Of a DNA stretch of 64,000 bases, positions 30,901 through 41,852 are shown piece by piece (within the stretch, counting starts at the first letter, position 1; the number at the start of each line of letters is the position of its first letter). Below the pieces are notes generated by a model. That model was not told the origin of the DNA, searched no databases, and saw only the letters and a list, made by a program, of their open reading frames with translations. A program made the position numbers and the translations under genes. This stretch comes from a virus: IMG/VR virus record IMGVR_UViG_3300017565_000003. The stretch is one strand, 5' to 3'.

Positions 30901-33830
30901 TAGAGTAATTAGTTAATTGCCCTTGTAGAATCTTTTGGCGTTCGAGAGAAGTGTTTATTTCATCTAATCTAAGTTGGAGCTTGTTGGCGATGTAGATTTG
31001 TCTCTCCATTTCCTTACTTTGCTCTTCGGCAGCCTTTTTAACATTTTCAGCAGATTTGTAATATTGGCCATTATAATCCACAGCATTTGATAAAGAAGAG
31101 GTATATTCATCTAACTTTTCCGTAATATCAGCTAAAACATCAGACTCCATATTGCGAGCTTCCATACCAAACTTATAAGCAGTCATACCGTCTTGAGTTT
31201 CTAGGAATGGGTCATCAGCACGTTCTTTAGCCATAGTATATAGAGCATCAGAAGCTTGTTTATAAGCGTTTATCATATCTTTAAGAAGAGTAATACGATT
31301 TTTAACACCTATTGCAGCGTTTAAAGTCATCTGTTCCTCAGCAGATAGTTGTCCACTGGCGAGCTTATCGATGGCTTGCAACATTATGTCGGATTGCTCT
31401 ACTTCCTTCTCCATGCTTTCAATATGCATTTTTCCACCGGAAGCCAAGTGTGGATAAATAGTTGCGAGTTGTTCATATGCGGAACGTAACGTTTCTTTTT
31501 GTTCTGCTGATAGACTCTCTTGTGCAGACAGGGAGGAGTAGAGTGCAATTAATTCACGAGTAGAAGATAGTTCTTGGCTAGTTGTACCGATTAACTGTTG
31601 GGATAATTCAATTTTCTCTTCTTGTGCATCTGTGACACCTTCGATTGAATCAGATAGGACATCGTTAGCACCAGCTTCTTCATAAGTAGCATTAGCTAGT
31701 TGCTCTGAGGCTTCTTTAGTTTTGTCATAGGAAATCTCAAACTCGGATAACTGAGCATTTGTTGCGCCCATATTCTTCGCTAAATCTAAGATGTCTTGTT
31801 TAGCTTTATCGAATCCACTTGAATTCTCAGACTCATAAGCTCTTTGCATTTCATCAGATAGATTACCTAACTGAGTTGCATATGCTTCTAGTTCAGTTGC
31901 ATTCAAATCTGATAAATCCATAGATGATACAAGAGAAGTAATTTCCTTTTGAATAGAAGGGTCAATGTCTAACGTATTAAATGCTTGTGAGATTTTTAAC
32001 ACTTCATCATTTATTTTCAATGAAGAATTTGATATTTGAATCTCTAGTCCTCGTATCTGTGATTCAAGTTCAGCAGCTTCAATTTGTTTAGTTTTATTTG
32101 CATCTTCTTTATCAAATAAAGGATTATATTCTTCCCATTGTTTTTGTTGCTTACGAGCTTCTTCGATTTGTTTTTGTAATTCTTTTTGCTCATCTAATTG
32201 TTTTTTAATGGTGTCTTCAGCTTTGATTCTAACTTCATCTTTTTTAGCTTCAATTAACTCTTTTGTTAATCTTATTTCTTCTTCAATTTGATCATTTGTT
32301 TTTAATCTAGCTTGACCAGTTGCGTCGATATGACCTACTAGAGCAGGGTAGACTTGTGAAATTTGAGTCATTAATTGAAGATATTCTTGTTCTTTACTAG
32401 TGTCAGCGAATCCACCTTCAGGTCTTTCTGCTGACAGTTCTTTATATCTAGCGATTAACTCTTCAGTTTGTTGCTTGTTCGAAGTCAAAGCATCGATATT
32501 AGCTTGTTGAGATTGTTCAAATTCTTCTTGTTGTTGTTTAGCGTTAGAATACGCACTAATCAATCTTTCAACTGCAATGCCGACAACTGCGAATGCTGCG
32601 CCAACTCCAGTAGCAATCAGTAACCCTCTAAACGCAGTTGTTAAACCTATTGTTGCTACTTGTGCTCTGGTCATAGTTGCAGTTAATCCAACTGTGGCTA
32701 ATGAAGTTGCAGTCATTGAAGCAGGAGTAACTGCCAATGCTGTTACGAAAGTTCTGAATCTAGTGCTTAAAGCAAATATTGTAACTCCCAATGTTCCAAA
32801 CACACCAGATAAAACCCCTATTTTATCAATAACGGTAGAGGAAAGGGTGAGTAGGTCATTTAGGATTTCTACAGTGGTGATAAGGCCGTCTGTTAACACA
32901 GCTTCTCCGGCAGATAATGTGAAGTTATTCCAAGCTGTATCAAGCCTATTAATTCTCGCCTCAAGCGATTCCGCATACCTGGCTTGCTCGGACATTGAGC
33001 TGCCCTGTGAATTTAAGGCAGTATTAGTTGCATCGGTGGCAAGTGAAAAATTATTCATGAGCGCCAAAAATCGACTCAACTGGTAGCGCCCGGCCAAAGT
33101 TACACCTAAATTTTGACGTTGCTCATCGGAGAGGGTAGTCCATTTTCCTGCAAGTTCTCCTAAGATATCACTTACAGGTCTAACATTTCCAGCCATGTCT
33201 TCAATGGATATGTTTACTCCATTTAGAGCAGTTTCGGCTTCCGACATGGTTGTAATTCTTGAGATGATCGTTTTAAGGCCGTTACCAATAACTGATCCAG
33301 ATTCTCTCGTCGTAGAACCGATGGCAGCGATATATCCAGTCAACTCATTTATATCCACGCCAAAAGTTTTTGCAGTCGAGGCTGCTCTACGTATACCATC
33401 TGACAAATCTTTTGTCGAAATTGCGAAATTATTGTCGACTTCGTTTAATTTGTCAGCGATGGTTATTGACTCCGAGGCTGCGATATTAAAGTTTAACATG
33501 GCACTCGTGAGAGTATCGACTGCACCTTTTGCATCAAGATCTGAAATATTCTGTAAAACTTGAGCTGTAGATGCCATATCAATTAATTCACTATTGGAAT
33601 AGTCACCCATACGGGCGAATTCTCCTACAATTGTAAGCACGTCTTTCAACTTCGATGATAATTCATCCGAGACAATTACACTTTCTTCAAGGAGTTCGGT
33701 TAATTTGAAGTCAGGAACATCCATAACACGAGCAATGTCGGTAATCAATGAATCGATCTCAATAAGTCTTTGAGTCATTGATTGAAGAGCTTGGATAGGA
33801 GCATAGAAGGCAGTTGACGCAAGCATCCAG
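27983..33830 (-). CDS. cwlP: tape measure protein exon 2, with SLT lytic transglycosylase and M23 peptidase domains (CwlP/YomI-like)
   Basis: TP901-type core (NEVDNNFA, GNGLKTI); QESGFNP.AVS.AGA.GLMQLMP, AYNAGPG; HKGLD, YMHL, GNTGRSTGAHLH. Confidence 0.9.
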
Positions 33831-34157
33831 TGTTTTATTAATCATTAATCGTGCATTTAATGACTCACATTTAAGTGACTATATGTTTCCATATAGACTA
33901 GACTATATCTTAACGATTTATCAAAATCGCTCTCTCCGTTTCGGCTTATCATTTTGCACTTATAAGCCTACGATACTCCCAATAGGTTTCTCATAGTCGT
34001 TGAACGTTTCTCTATTCGAGACTTCGCTGCTGATTGCCCAATCCATTTAATTTTTAACTTTCACGCTTAGGTATATTTCAACCTTACGTTGTAGTTTAAA
34101 TGGCTCTAAGGGTGTTCCAGCAATTAGAAGAGTTTTACTCCCGCCTGGTAATTTGTA
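33831..34157 (-). ncRNA. ORF-less group I intron in the tape-measure gene
   Basis: P AATTGCTGGAA (34115-34125), Q AATCAGCAG (34027-34035), R GTTCAACGACTA (33994-34005), S AAGATATAGTC (33901-33911). The IGS GGCGGGAG pairs with exon TTCCCGT. Removal restores the frame. Confidence 0.92.
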
Positions 34158-34993
34158 ACGGGAAATTTGGTCATTGCAGTCGAAATCATTTCCCCAAAAC
34201 CGATTGTATCTTTCGAAGCAATCCTAGCATTCATAGCCATGTCTTTATAAGCTACGGATAACCTATCCATTTCTTTCCTAGCATTTGCGATGTTATCGGT
34301 AGGGATTTTATTAAGATCATCCATATACTTAGTGAATTGGGAATCAGGTACATGTTTACCGTATCTTTCAACTAACCCTGAAGCGTTAATTTTAGCTCTT
34401 TGTTGATATAGATCGATTGTGTGTTGTAGGTCAGCAATTTCTTTGGCTTGCTTTTGTCTACGTTCATCAAGTTGTCTATTTATTTTTTCTTCATTTTGTA
34501 GTTGTTTCTCACGTTGAGAATTAATAGTTGCGCTGTTGTCGACAATACTCTTATCCTTCATATAGAAGAGATTGTCTAAGCCCTTTATCCCAGCTAATTC
34601 TGCAAGTTCATATTTTAATTTCTCTACTGTTCCATCGGTCTTATTTACTGTCAGATTAAACTTAGTCAACTGGTCAGTCAGCGGATCAAATGTTTTAGTG
34701 AATTTAACTTCACCAAATTGCTTATAATGATCTAATACTCTGTTGAAGTCTTTTTCAAGTTTTTTGATTCCCGATGTATCAAATTCAGGTTTAATTGGGG
34801 AAGAGGGTGCTTGTAAACCATTTAATTGGTCTTGTATCTTTTTAACCTTCTTAGCAATATCCTCAATTTGAGAATCATTTACGTTGATGTTAAAATTTAA
34901 TGACTTTCCAATTTCTTTTAGTTGTTTATTTATGGACTTTGTTGTTGATGCTTCATCTAGCATCCCGTTTATAAGTATCCTCAAGTCGGCCAT
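34158..34993 (-). CDS. cwlP: tape measure protein exon 1
   Basis: RBS AAAGGAGTGG; helical N-terminus ending ...MTKFPV; the spliced product would be about 2227 aa. Confidence 0.85.
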
Positions 34994-35022
34994 AAAACCA
35001 CTCCTTTCTAAAATTTACATAA

Positions 35023-35051
35023 TAAAAAGGAGTACCTGATTGGCACTCCTT
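35023..35051 (-). terminator. intrinsic terminator
   Basis: AAGGAGTGCC...GGTACTCCTTTTT. Confidence 0.65.
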
Positions 35052-35069
35052 GAGTATCGTTGTATTTAA

Positions 35070-35759
35070 TTATTGAATTTGTTTTTCTTCCTGTTGCTTG
35101 ATGATAATTGAAATTGTTTTATGAAGTTCATAAGCAGTATTGTATATTTGCTTGTAGATAGGAGAGTCTTTTTCAAATTCCTCTCTGTCATCCTTAATAG
35201 GGAAGGTGAGAACAGGATTATTTAAATCATTCAGCACAATTCTAATATCTATAGATTTAACAGCTTCTTTAGATTTTTGATTACCACTAAGTCCTCCGAC
35301 AATTGCTCCAACCCCACCTGCTAAAGCACCTCCAACAGCAGCACCGACAACTTGTGAACTTCTTGAAGTCTTGGTTAGGGTACTACCATTTTCCATTAAA
35401 TGAGATTCAACGATATCTTTATAGTCAATAGCTTTAACATTAAATGAAGGGGAGTTGTTGAATAAATATAGAATTCCTTCACTATGAGAAAAAGTAATAT
35501 TATTGTAGTTAGTTGTGGAAAAATCACTTCTATCAACTTTAATTTCATGTTCTTTTAGGTAATCATTTACAGATTTAATGAAATTATCTCGGTTTTCTTC
35601 TCCTGTGAATTTGTCGTAACTTAACATAGCAACAAATAAACCTAGCGCAATCATTTCGGAATACCAAAATAATGTGTCTAGTTCAATAAGAATAAAGACT
35701 ATACCTAATATCATAAAGGATAAAAATCCTAATAAAAGTAATTTACGAGCTTTTGACAA
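35070..35759 (-). CDS. membrane protein with two TM helices and a glycine zipper (moron)
   Basis: Hydrophobic N-terminus; GAAVGGALAGGVGAIVGG; own extended -10 promoter and terminator. Confidence 0.75.
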   Translation of the reverse strand: MSKARKLLLLGFLSFMILGIVFILIELDTLFWYSEMIALGLFVAMLSYDKFTGEENRDNFIKSVNDYLKEHEIKVDRSDFSTTNYNNITFSHSEGILYLFNNSPSFNVKAIDYKDIVESHLMENGSTLTKTSRSSQVVGAAVGGALAGGVGAIVGGLSGNQKSKEAVKSIDIRIVLNDLNNPVLTFPIKDDREEFEKDSPIYKQIYNTAYELHKTISIIIKQQEEKQIQ

Positions 35760-35822
35760 TATTATCACCTCTTGGTAATTTTAGCTATATTATAGCATAT
35801 GTACCAAGAGGACTAAAGATAC

Positions 35823-37349
35823 TTATGAAACTTCAATTAATTTAATACTACTTTTTATTTTTTCTTTATATTTATTAAATTCATTTATATCTTCTGGATA
35901 TATTGATATTAAATTGACATTATTTTCTTCACATATCTTAATTTTTTCTAATACTTTTCTAGAGTATTTTCCCACCCAAGTATCATGATGAATGTATTTT
36001 TCATCAAATAATCCAAAGTACTCAATGCATATATTTGAATTTGGTAGATACCAGTCAAACCTTTTCTTAGTTTTATCAGTTATAATTAACTCTGAATATG
36101 GATATTCTTTAATGTATTTAATTTGGTTATCAATTAAGTAATTTGTAATTATCATTTCACTGTATGATCTGCAAACATCACCGTTATTATCTATGCAAGT
36201 ATAACCCATACCTAGAGAATGAGAAGCTAAGTCTTCTGCATAATCTATATCTAATGTATCCCAAACAACTCTCAAATCTCCGAATCTATTTTTATATGTA
36301 GCATAATTACAAACAGACTCTTCGTTGTTTAAATCTTCTCTCAAGGGTATTCTATTTAATTTATCGTAAAGATTTTTATAATCAGCTAATAACTCTTCGT
36401 CTGATTTATGTTTTGGTCTTACATAATCTAATTCCCAACCCAGGTCTTCTAACATTTCTGAAAAAGGCTTATTAAAGGCTCTGGTATACTGTTTAAATTC
36501 AGAAAGACCATTTTCAGTTAAATCTTTAATCATGGGCGTTCTACCGAGTTTTTCCTTTAAATCTATTAATTCCTTAAGCAATAATTCTTTAGACTTTTTA
36601 AGTTGATTGGCTTCACCAATATACTCTTTGCAGATTTCCGCAAACCGTTTTCCTACATTAGATTCTAGTGCTTTTCTGTTTAAAAAAGGAGTTCCTTTGA
36701 CAATTTCATCATATTGACTCGCTGTTGGAGCTTTACCAATCTTATTATACAATTCAATTAATCTATTAATTGATTCTTCCATTAACCTTTCTTTTCCATA
36801 GGTATATTCCACACCGACTAATCCAGATTCATAGAGAGCATTATTAAAATTACCAAACTTAAATAGAAACCAATTCTTATTGATACCGTATTCTTTTTCT
36901 ATGTATGTTGCTGTTGGAATTTTATTTGTTTTATCATATAAGTCTTTGATGAACTTTATGCCATCTTCTTTAGTTTTAAGATCGTGCATATTTCTATTTG
37001 GTGGAAGATTTAATTCTTTCAACATATCTTCCCAACTACTCCAGAATTTTCTTATGATACTGCTTTTATATTTAATTTCGTTATAATAAGGCGATCTGTT
37101 ATGTTTTTGATAAAATTCCATAACAGATTCAACTACATTCTCTTTTGAAAACTCTCTAATCATGTTTAATTCAAATCCGGACTTCAGTAGAGCATTATTC
37201 CAACTTCCGAAATACTTAGCGAAAGTTTTATGTTTCGGAAGACTATCACATATTTTTAAATCCTCGACTCTTGGTGTTCTTCCTAGTGATAATCCAAGCT
37301 CTTTCAAACCGTTAATTAAGTATTCGTCAGTGTATTTTCTTCTACTCAT
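35823..37349 (-). CDS. homing-endonuclease-associated-repeat protein with C-terminal PD-(D/E)XK-like nuclease
   Basis: About six LGRTP...FGSWN.AL-type repeats; RS..E....N.L, RFDW, IEYFG. Confidence 0.78.
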   Translation of the reverse strand: MSRRKYTDEYLINGLKELGLSLGRTPRVEDLKICDSLPKHKTFAKYFGSWNNALLKSGFELNMIREFSKENVVESVMEFYQKHNRSPYYNEIKYKSSIIRKFWSSWEDMLKELNLPPNRNMHDLKTKEDGIKFIKDLYDKTNKIPTATYIEKEYGINKNWFLFKFGNFNNALYESGLVGVEYTYGKERLMEESINRLIELYNKIGKAPTASQYDEIVKGTPFLNRKALESNVGKRFAEICKEYIGEANQLKKSKELLLKELIDLKEKLGRTPMIKDLTENGLSEFKQYTRAFNKPFSEMLEDLGWELDYVRPKHKSDEELLADYKNLYDKLNRIPLREDLNNEESVCNYATYKNRFGDLRVVWDTLDIDYAEDLASHSLGMGYTCIDNNGDVCRSYSEMIITNYLIDNQIKYIKEYPYSELIITDKTKKRFDWYLPNSNICIEYFGLFDEKYIHHDTWVGKYSRKVLEKIKICEENNVNLISIYPEDINEFNKYKEKIKSSIKLIEVS

Positions 37350-37499
37350 CCACATTCACTCCCACTACAAAATTTCTCCCCACATACAATTCAAAATCGG
37401 CAGACAAAGAGGGTAGGGAGGTGAACATTCTACTTTCTTCACAGGTAGCTAATCCATGCCGCATCATCTGCCAAGTTACCGAACAATTAATCTATGTAT

Positions 37500-37691
37500 C
37501 TATTCATCATCACCGAAAAACTTATCCCAATCAACATTCACATTATGTATTTTCATCTTATTTAACATTTCTTTGCTAAAGTTATTATCATTCACCTTAT
37601 AACCAGCTTGCAACATTGCTAATTCCTCTGAATTTTCATTAGTCACAATAGAAACATCAAGGGTTATCGTTCCGTACACTTCATTTCTCAT
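37500..37691 (-). CDS. hypothetical protein
   Basis: MRNEVY after AGGAG; upstream TTGACA-17-TAGTAT promoter at 37746-37774. Confidence 0.6.
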   Translation of the reverse strand: MRNEVYGTITLDVSIVTNENSEELAMLQAGYKVNDNNFSKEMLNKMKIHNVNVDWDKFFGDDE

Positions 37692-37893
37692 TTTAACCAT
37701 CTCCTAGTATTGTAATCTATGTATTTACCAGTTGTTGTTAATTACATACTACATGAAGGTTCATGAACTGTCAATAAGGTTAATGAAAAAATAAATGTAA
37801 AAAATTTTATTCACTATTGAATAATGAATAGGGAAATGGTAAATTTAACTTAGAGAGTTATTGAACGTTCATTATGTTTTAGGGAGAGATTAA

Positions 37894-38079
37894 ATGAGTT
37901 TAAAAAATAGATCTCAATTTAGCAGCACATTGGATAATGAACTAAAAGATAGATTAAAACAACTATCTGACGAAACTGATGTTCCGATTTCCAAATTATT
38001 AGATCAAGCTGTCAAAATGCTTCTAGAAAAAAGAGGAGCAGGTAGAGATAGCGAACGTACATTAGGTGAAAATAATTAA
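37894..38079 (+). CDS. ribbon-helix-helix DNA-binding protein
   Basis: LKNR..FSSTLD.EL...LK.LS.ET.VP.SKLLD.AV..LL. Confidence 0.85.
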   Translation: MSLKNRSQFSSTLDNELKDRLKQLSDETDVPISKLLDQAVKMLLEKRGAGRDSERTLGENN

Positions 38080-38267
38080 TCCTCATAAACACAAGAAGCT
38101 GCTCAATTATTCGAGTGGCTTTTTCTATTCACAAAGGTAAAGAGAGAGGAGAGGTCAAAAAATAAAAAAGGGGAGTACTGTTGTACAGGCAGACACTCCG
38201 AATGTTTTGGGCTAATAGTAAACATAATCACTATTAGGTTGCAACCAAATTATTAATTACGTTTATT

Positions 38268-39656
38268 TTATTTATATAAGAAACTAAATATTTCGTCAAG
38301 CGATTTTTCTCTTAAGTCAGAAGGGTAGATGACTAGATAACTCAAGTCTGCTAAATCAAGCATATGTATTTTATCATTTAAATCTTTTTTATATTTTTCT
38401 CTAATAAAGTCATCTTTATTTTTATTAACCTTTGAATAATCTAACATTCCTGCAACTTCTATATAGTAAAGCTTATTGTAGTGATTAATTACGTAATCAC
38501 AATCCTTTAATCCTTCATAGCAATCAATGAAGTCACTGTATAAGATATTGCGGTTATAATTGACTTTTTTATCTCTTAAATAATTGCTTACTTCAAATTC
38601 AAATTTACTTGTTACTATTTCTCCATCTTCGTATTCATAAACCATACCCATTCCTGCTTTATTACACTTAAATCCTATTGATTTTATATAATCGCACAGA
38701 GTCATATTTAATTCTTTTTTAAACCATCGGTCATATGTTCCAGCAGTCAAACACCGTTCACTTACATTGACATCTTCTCTTGAGATAATATCTCTGTTTT
38801 CAGTTTCTTTTATATATAAACACAATTTGTCAATATCTTCTTTTAATTCTTCAATAGATCTAGTCTTGTCTTTCATTATTTCTTGATTTATTTCAAATCC
38901 TAAATCCATAAGCATGTTGTTGAAATTTCCCCAGTGATTATAAATAGTAGCAATGCCAATCTCATCATCTTTTGGAAATTCAAAGTCTGATTTTTTAAGA
39001 TTTCTATTAACTTCCTTATGTTTCTTTAAAATGGCTTTAATTGTATATTCTTTTGAAACTTTATAGCTAGGTTTTAGTCCTAAGTAGTTAATGAATTGGT
39101 TGTAGTCATTAACATTTTCATCAGGACAATATCTTACAAACCATCTTCCATTTGGTAATCCATATGTATTATTTATTAAATCATACGAAGTTAAAGCTCT
39201 ACCAATTTCTTTGCTAATATCTATAAATCTTTTACAATATGAATCATAGTCATTTTTATCCAATATGTGATTTCTGCCATATTTACTGTAAAACTCTTTA
39301 AACTTATCGCCACAAATAATTTTCAATCTGTCCCAAGTTGGCAGATTGCTGTCTCTTGCACAATCCTCAGCAACGGGATATTTACCGTTTTCTTCAAAAT
39401 ATTTCTCCCATAGTAAACATAGATCATTATAAGTGAAATGTGCAAACGGAGACTGCTTGTAGATAACCGTAAAACCTTTTCCTTCTAGAAATTCCCGATA
39501 TCCTGAATATCCATTTTCTCTAAAAATAATTCTCAATGTGGTTGACGAAGGTAGGGCATTATTATTTTTAATTTGCTCTTGACTTGGTATTTTATTTAAT
39601 TCTGTTGAAAACTCAATTAATTTTTCACATATTTCTATAAAGTTATATTCTCTCAC
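38268..39656 (-). CDS. helical-repeat protein with C-terminal PD-(D/E)XK-like nuclease (homing-endonuclease-like)
   Basis: Repeats with LP, WGNFNNML; S..E..V..YL, CDYVI, YIEVAG, IYP; same architecture as 35823..37349. Confidence 0.7.
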   Translation of the reverse strand: MREYNFIEICEKLIEFSTELNKIPSQEQIKNNNALPSSTTLRIIFRENGYSGYREFLEGKGFTVIYKQSPFAHFTYNDLCLLWEKYFEENGKYPVAEDCARDSNLPTWDRLKIICGDKFKEFYSKYGRNHILDKNDYDSYCKRFIDISKEIGRALTSYDLINNTYGLPNGRWFVRYCPDENVNDYNQFINYLGLKPSYKVSKEYTIKAILKKHKEVNRNLKKSDFEFPKDDEIGIATIYNHWGNFNNMLMDLGFEINQEIMKDKTRSIEELKEDIDKLCLYIKETENRDIISREDVNVSERCLTAGTYDRWFKKELNMTLCDYIKSIGFKCNKAGMGMVYEYEDGEIVTSKFEFEVSNYLRDKKVNYNRNILYSDFIDCYEGLKDCDYVINHYNKLYYIEVAGMLDYSKVNKNKDDFIREKYKKDLNDKIHMLDLADLSYLVIYPSDLREKSLDEIFSFLYK

Positions 39657-39731
39657 TTAATTACTCCTTTCAAAACACAAAAAGACAACCAGAAGTTCTG
39701 ATTGTCTAATAACTGTTTAATTTATTTTTAA

Positions 39732-40721
39732 TTACCAATCTAAATCATCTAACTCATCTTCAAAATCACGTAAATCATATATAGCCGTGGTTTCAAGGCT
39801 CTCGTGTTGTGCAAATTTCTTACTAACTATTTCAGGCTTCATTCCCGATGATAATAATCTTGTAACCAATGATGACTTAAAACTGTGAGCATTGATACGT
39901 CTGCCTACAATATCAGACAATACCTCGTCACAGAAATAACTAGCCCATGATTCCGACATTTGTTTTGGCTCTCCACCGTACATAGTAGTGAAAACATATT
40001 CATGTTCATATCCACGAACTTCTACCCATTGCTTCATGTATTTAATCGCTTCAAGGTTAAGATAATAGTTTACTTTCTTTCCCTCACCTTTACCTTTTGC
40101 AGTTATTAAATTTGATTTGACATAATTTTTACCATTTGCATCTTGGTAAATTGCTGATGTTTTAATTTGAATTAACTCTGCTTTTCTGGCTCCAACATTA
40201 AATGCTGTAGCTAACCACGCCATACCAAGATAGTTTTTATCTTTTTCAAGCGTACTCATCATTAACTCATATTCATCTACGGTAATTTCTTTCTTTTGAT
40301 AAGTTTGTGTTTTGGGGATTGAAGGAAGGCCGCGTGTAAAGTTTCGAAACTTTTCAAATCTTTTGTCGTCATCAGCAACGATATTCTCTATATAATTACA
40401 AAGACTAGAAACTGTTGCTTTCTTTAGTCCGATTGCACTTGAAGACATATTTCTATTTTTCAAGAAACTTATGTATCTAAGAAAATCACGCTTACTAATT
40501 TCATATAAAGGCTTATCATTCAAAGAGTTATGTACCCACCAGAAAAATTGCCTCAACGAACTGGTATACTGTTTCCTTGATTTAGGTCTAAAAGAATTTG
40601 AATCAAGATATTCGGACAGTAAGTCTCTGTGTTCAGCATCAACTTTATTCCACATTTCCTCAGTAACCTCTGGTAATCTTAGGGCACGTTCACGGAGCAT
40701 GTTCTTTTCAATTTTACTCAA
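39732..40721 (-). CDS. tyrosine recombinase family protein (YomM-like)
   Basis: SAM-like N-domain; GARKAEL, KGKG, HSFK (HxxR variant), QHES.ETT..Y. Confidence 0.88.
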   Translation of the reverse strand: MSKIEKNMLRERALRLPEVTEEMWNKVDAEHRDLLSEYLDSNSFRPKSRKQYTSSLRQFFWWVHNSLNDKPLYEISKRDFLRYISFLKNRNMSSSAIGLKKATVSSLCNYIENIVADDDKRFEKFRNFTRGLPSIPKTQTYQKKEITVDEYELMMSTLEKDKNYLGMAWLATAFNVGARKAELIQIKTSAIYQDANGKNYVKSNLITAKGKGEGKKVNYYLNLEAIKYMKQWVEVRGYEHEYVFTTMYGGEPKQMSESWASYFCDEVLSDIVGRRINAHSFKSSLVTRLLSSGMKPEIVSKKFAQHESLETTAIYDLRDFEDELDDLDW

Positions 40722-40743
40722 TAATCATTCACCACCATTATGT

Positions 40744-41169
40744 TTATTTTGTTTTTATGCCTATACTGTTAAGGTCTTTTTCTAAACTCTCAGCTAGTTT
40801 ATTATTGTTTCTTAGCGCTTCACGAGTATTTTCAACGAAAGGACGAGGAGTATTACTGTATTCGAATTCATACTCATAATTTCGGCCATACTCAACCGTA
40901 TCAACAATATCCTTACCTGTGTCCTCATCTCGTCTAGTATTAAATACAGCAATCCCATTAGGAGTGTTTTCACTTTCCCAGGATTCCTTTAACTGACCAG
41001 TACGTTCATATTGAACAGGATCTGGATATACATCGTACACCGTTTCTTGAACTTGATTTCTACCTTCAGCAATAACAGTTTGCTTAACATTGCTGTTAGA
41101 TTTCTGCATAGCCTTAGCAGCTAATTTTTCAATCTCTTTAGCCAATTCCTTCATATTTTTAGCGACCAT
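40744..41169 (-). CDS. HK97 gp10-like tail completion protein
   Basis: YERTG.L..S, VEYG, PRPF. Confidence 0.7.
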   Translation of the reverse strand: MVAKNMKELAKEIEKLAAKAMQKSNSNVKQTVIAEGRNQVQETVYDVYPDPVQYERTGQLKESWESENTPNGIAVFNTRRDEDTGKDIVDTVEYGRNYEYEFEYSNTPRPFVENTREALRNNNKLAESLEKDLNSIGIKTK

Positions 41170-41185
41170 TACATATCAACTCCAA

Positions 41186-41698
41186 TTAGACTTCTGGAAT
41201 TTGCTTCTGTTTACCAAGAATAATTTCACGATTCTCTAAAGGTAGCTCCTGAATTTCTTTCTGAACTCGCTTAATCTCATTACTCAACTTATCATCTAAT
41301 TCAGCAATCTCATAAATTTTGTCATATAAATAGGACATTGATTCTTGAGGAAATTGCTTTAAAATAAATTCAGCAACTTTACTGTTTAACACTTCTTTAA
41401 TTTCTTTATAGATGTAATCTGCTTTTTTACTAGTAGTCATGCTAACATCAGTAAAGTGCTTGATTACGTAATAACCGATTATATCTGATCCAGCAATCTC
41501 AATTTCCACTTTTTCTTTTTTGGCTAAACTTAGGAAAGAGTAGAAATCATCCCTTAAATCTGCAACTTTTTGCGGAGAGAAAAAGGGATAAATTTTAATT
41601 TCATGCGGTTCACCATTTACATCAATATCAATGGAAACCGATTCTTTATAACGCTTATTGTCATTTTTAATATGACTAATAGTTAATTTCTTACTCAA
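41186..41698 (-). CDS. putative tail assembly chaperone
   Basis: Lies between the tail tube and tape measure genes. Confidence 0.55.
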   Translation of the reverse strand: MSKKLTISHIKNDNKRYKESVSIDIDVNGEPHEIKIYPFFSPQKVADLRDDFYSFLSLAKKEKVEIEIAGSDIIGYYVIKHFTDVSMTTSKKADYIYKEIKEVLNSKVAEFILKQFPQESMSYLYDKIYEIAELDDKLSNEIKRVQKEIQELPLENREIILGKQKQIPEV

Positions 41699-41852
41699 AT
41701 GTATCTCCTCCTTTTATTCCATGAAACAAGTCTTTTATTGAAATTTTTTTTAAAAAAAATAGGAGCAGGGGATTAACCTACTCTTGGGTATATTGTTTAT
41801 TATTTAGTTGCGCATTCTAAATAATAAAAGGAGACACAGACGGTCTCCACTA

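Noticed and set aside
33814-33996. 60-aa + strand ORF as an intron-encoded protein
   Set aside because: Antisense to the intron core, with no endonuclease motif.
34124-34993. Independent 289-aa gene
   Set aside because: Its last 11 codons lie inside the intron; it is exon 1 of the tape measure gene.
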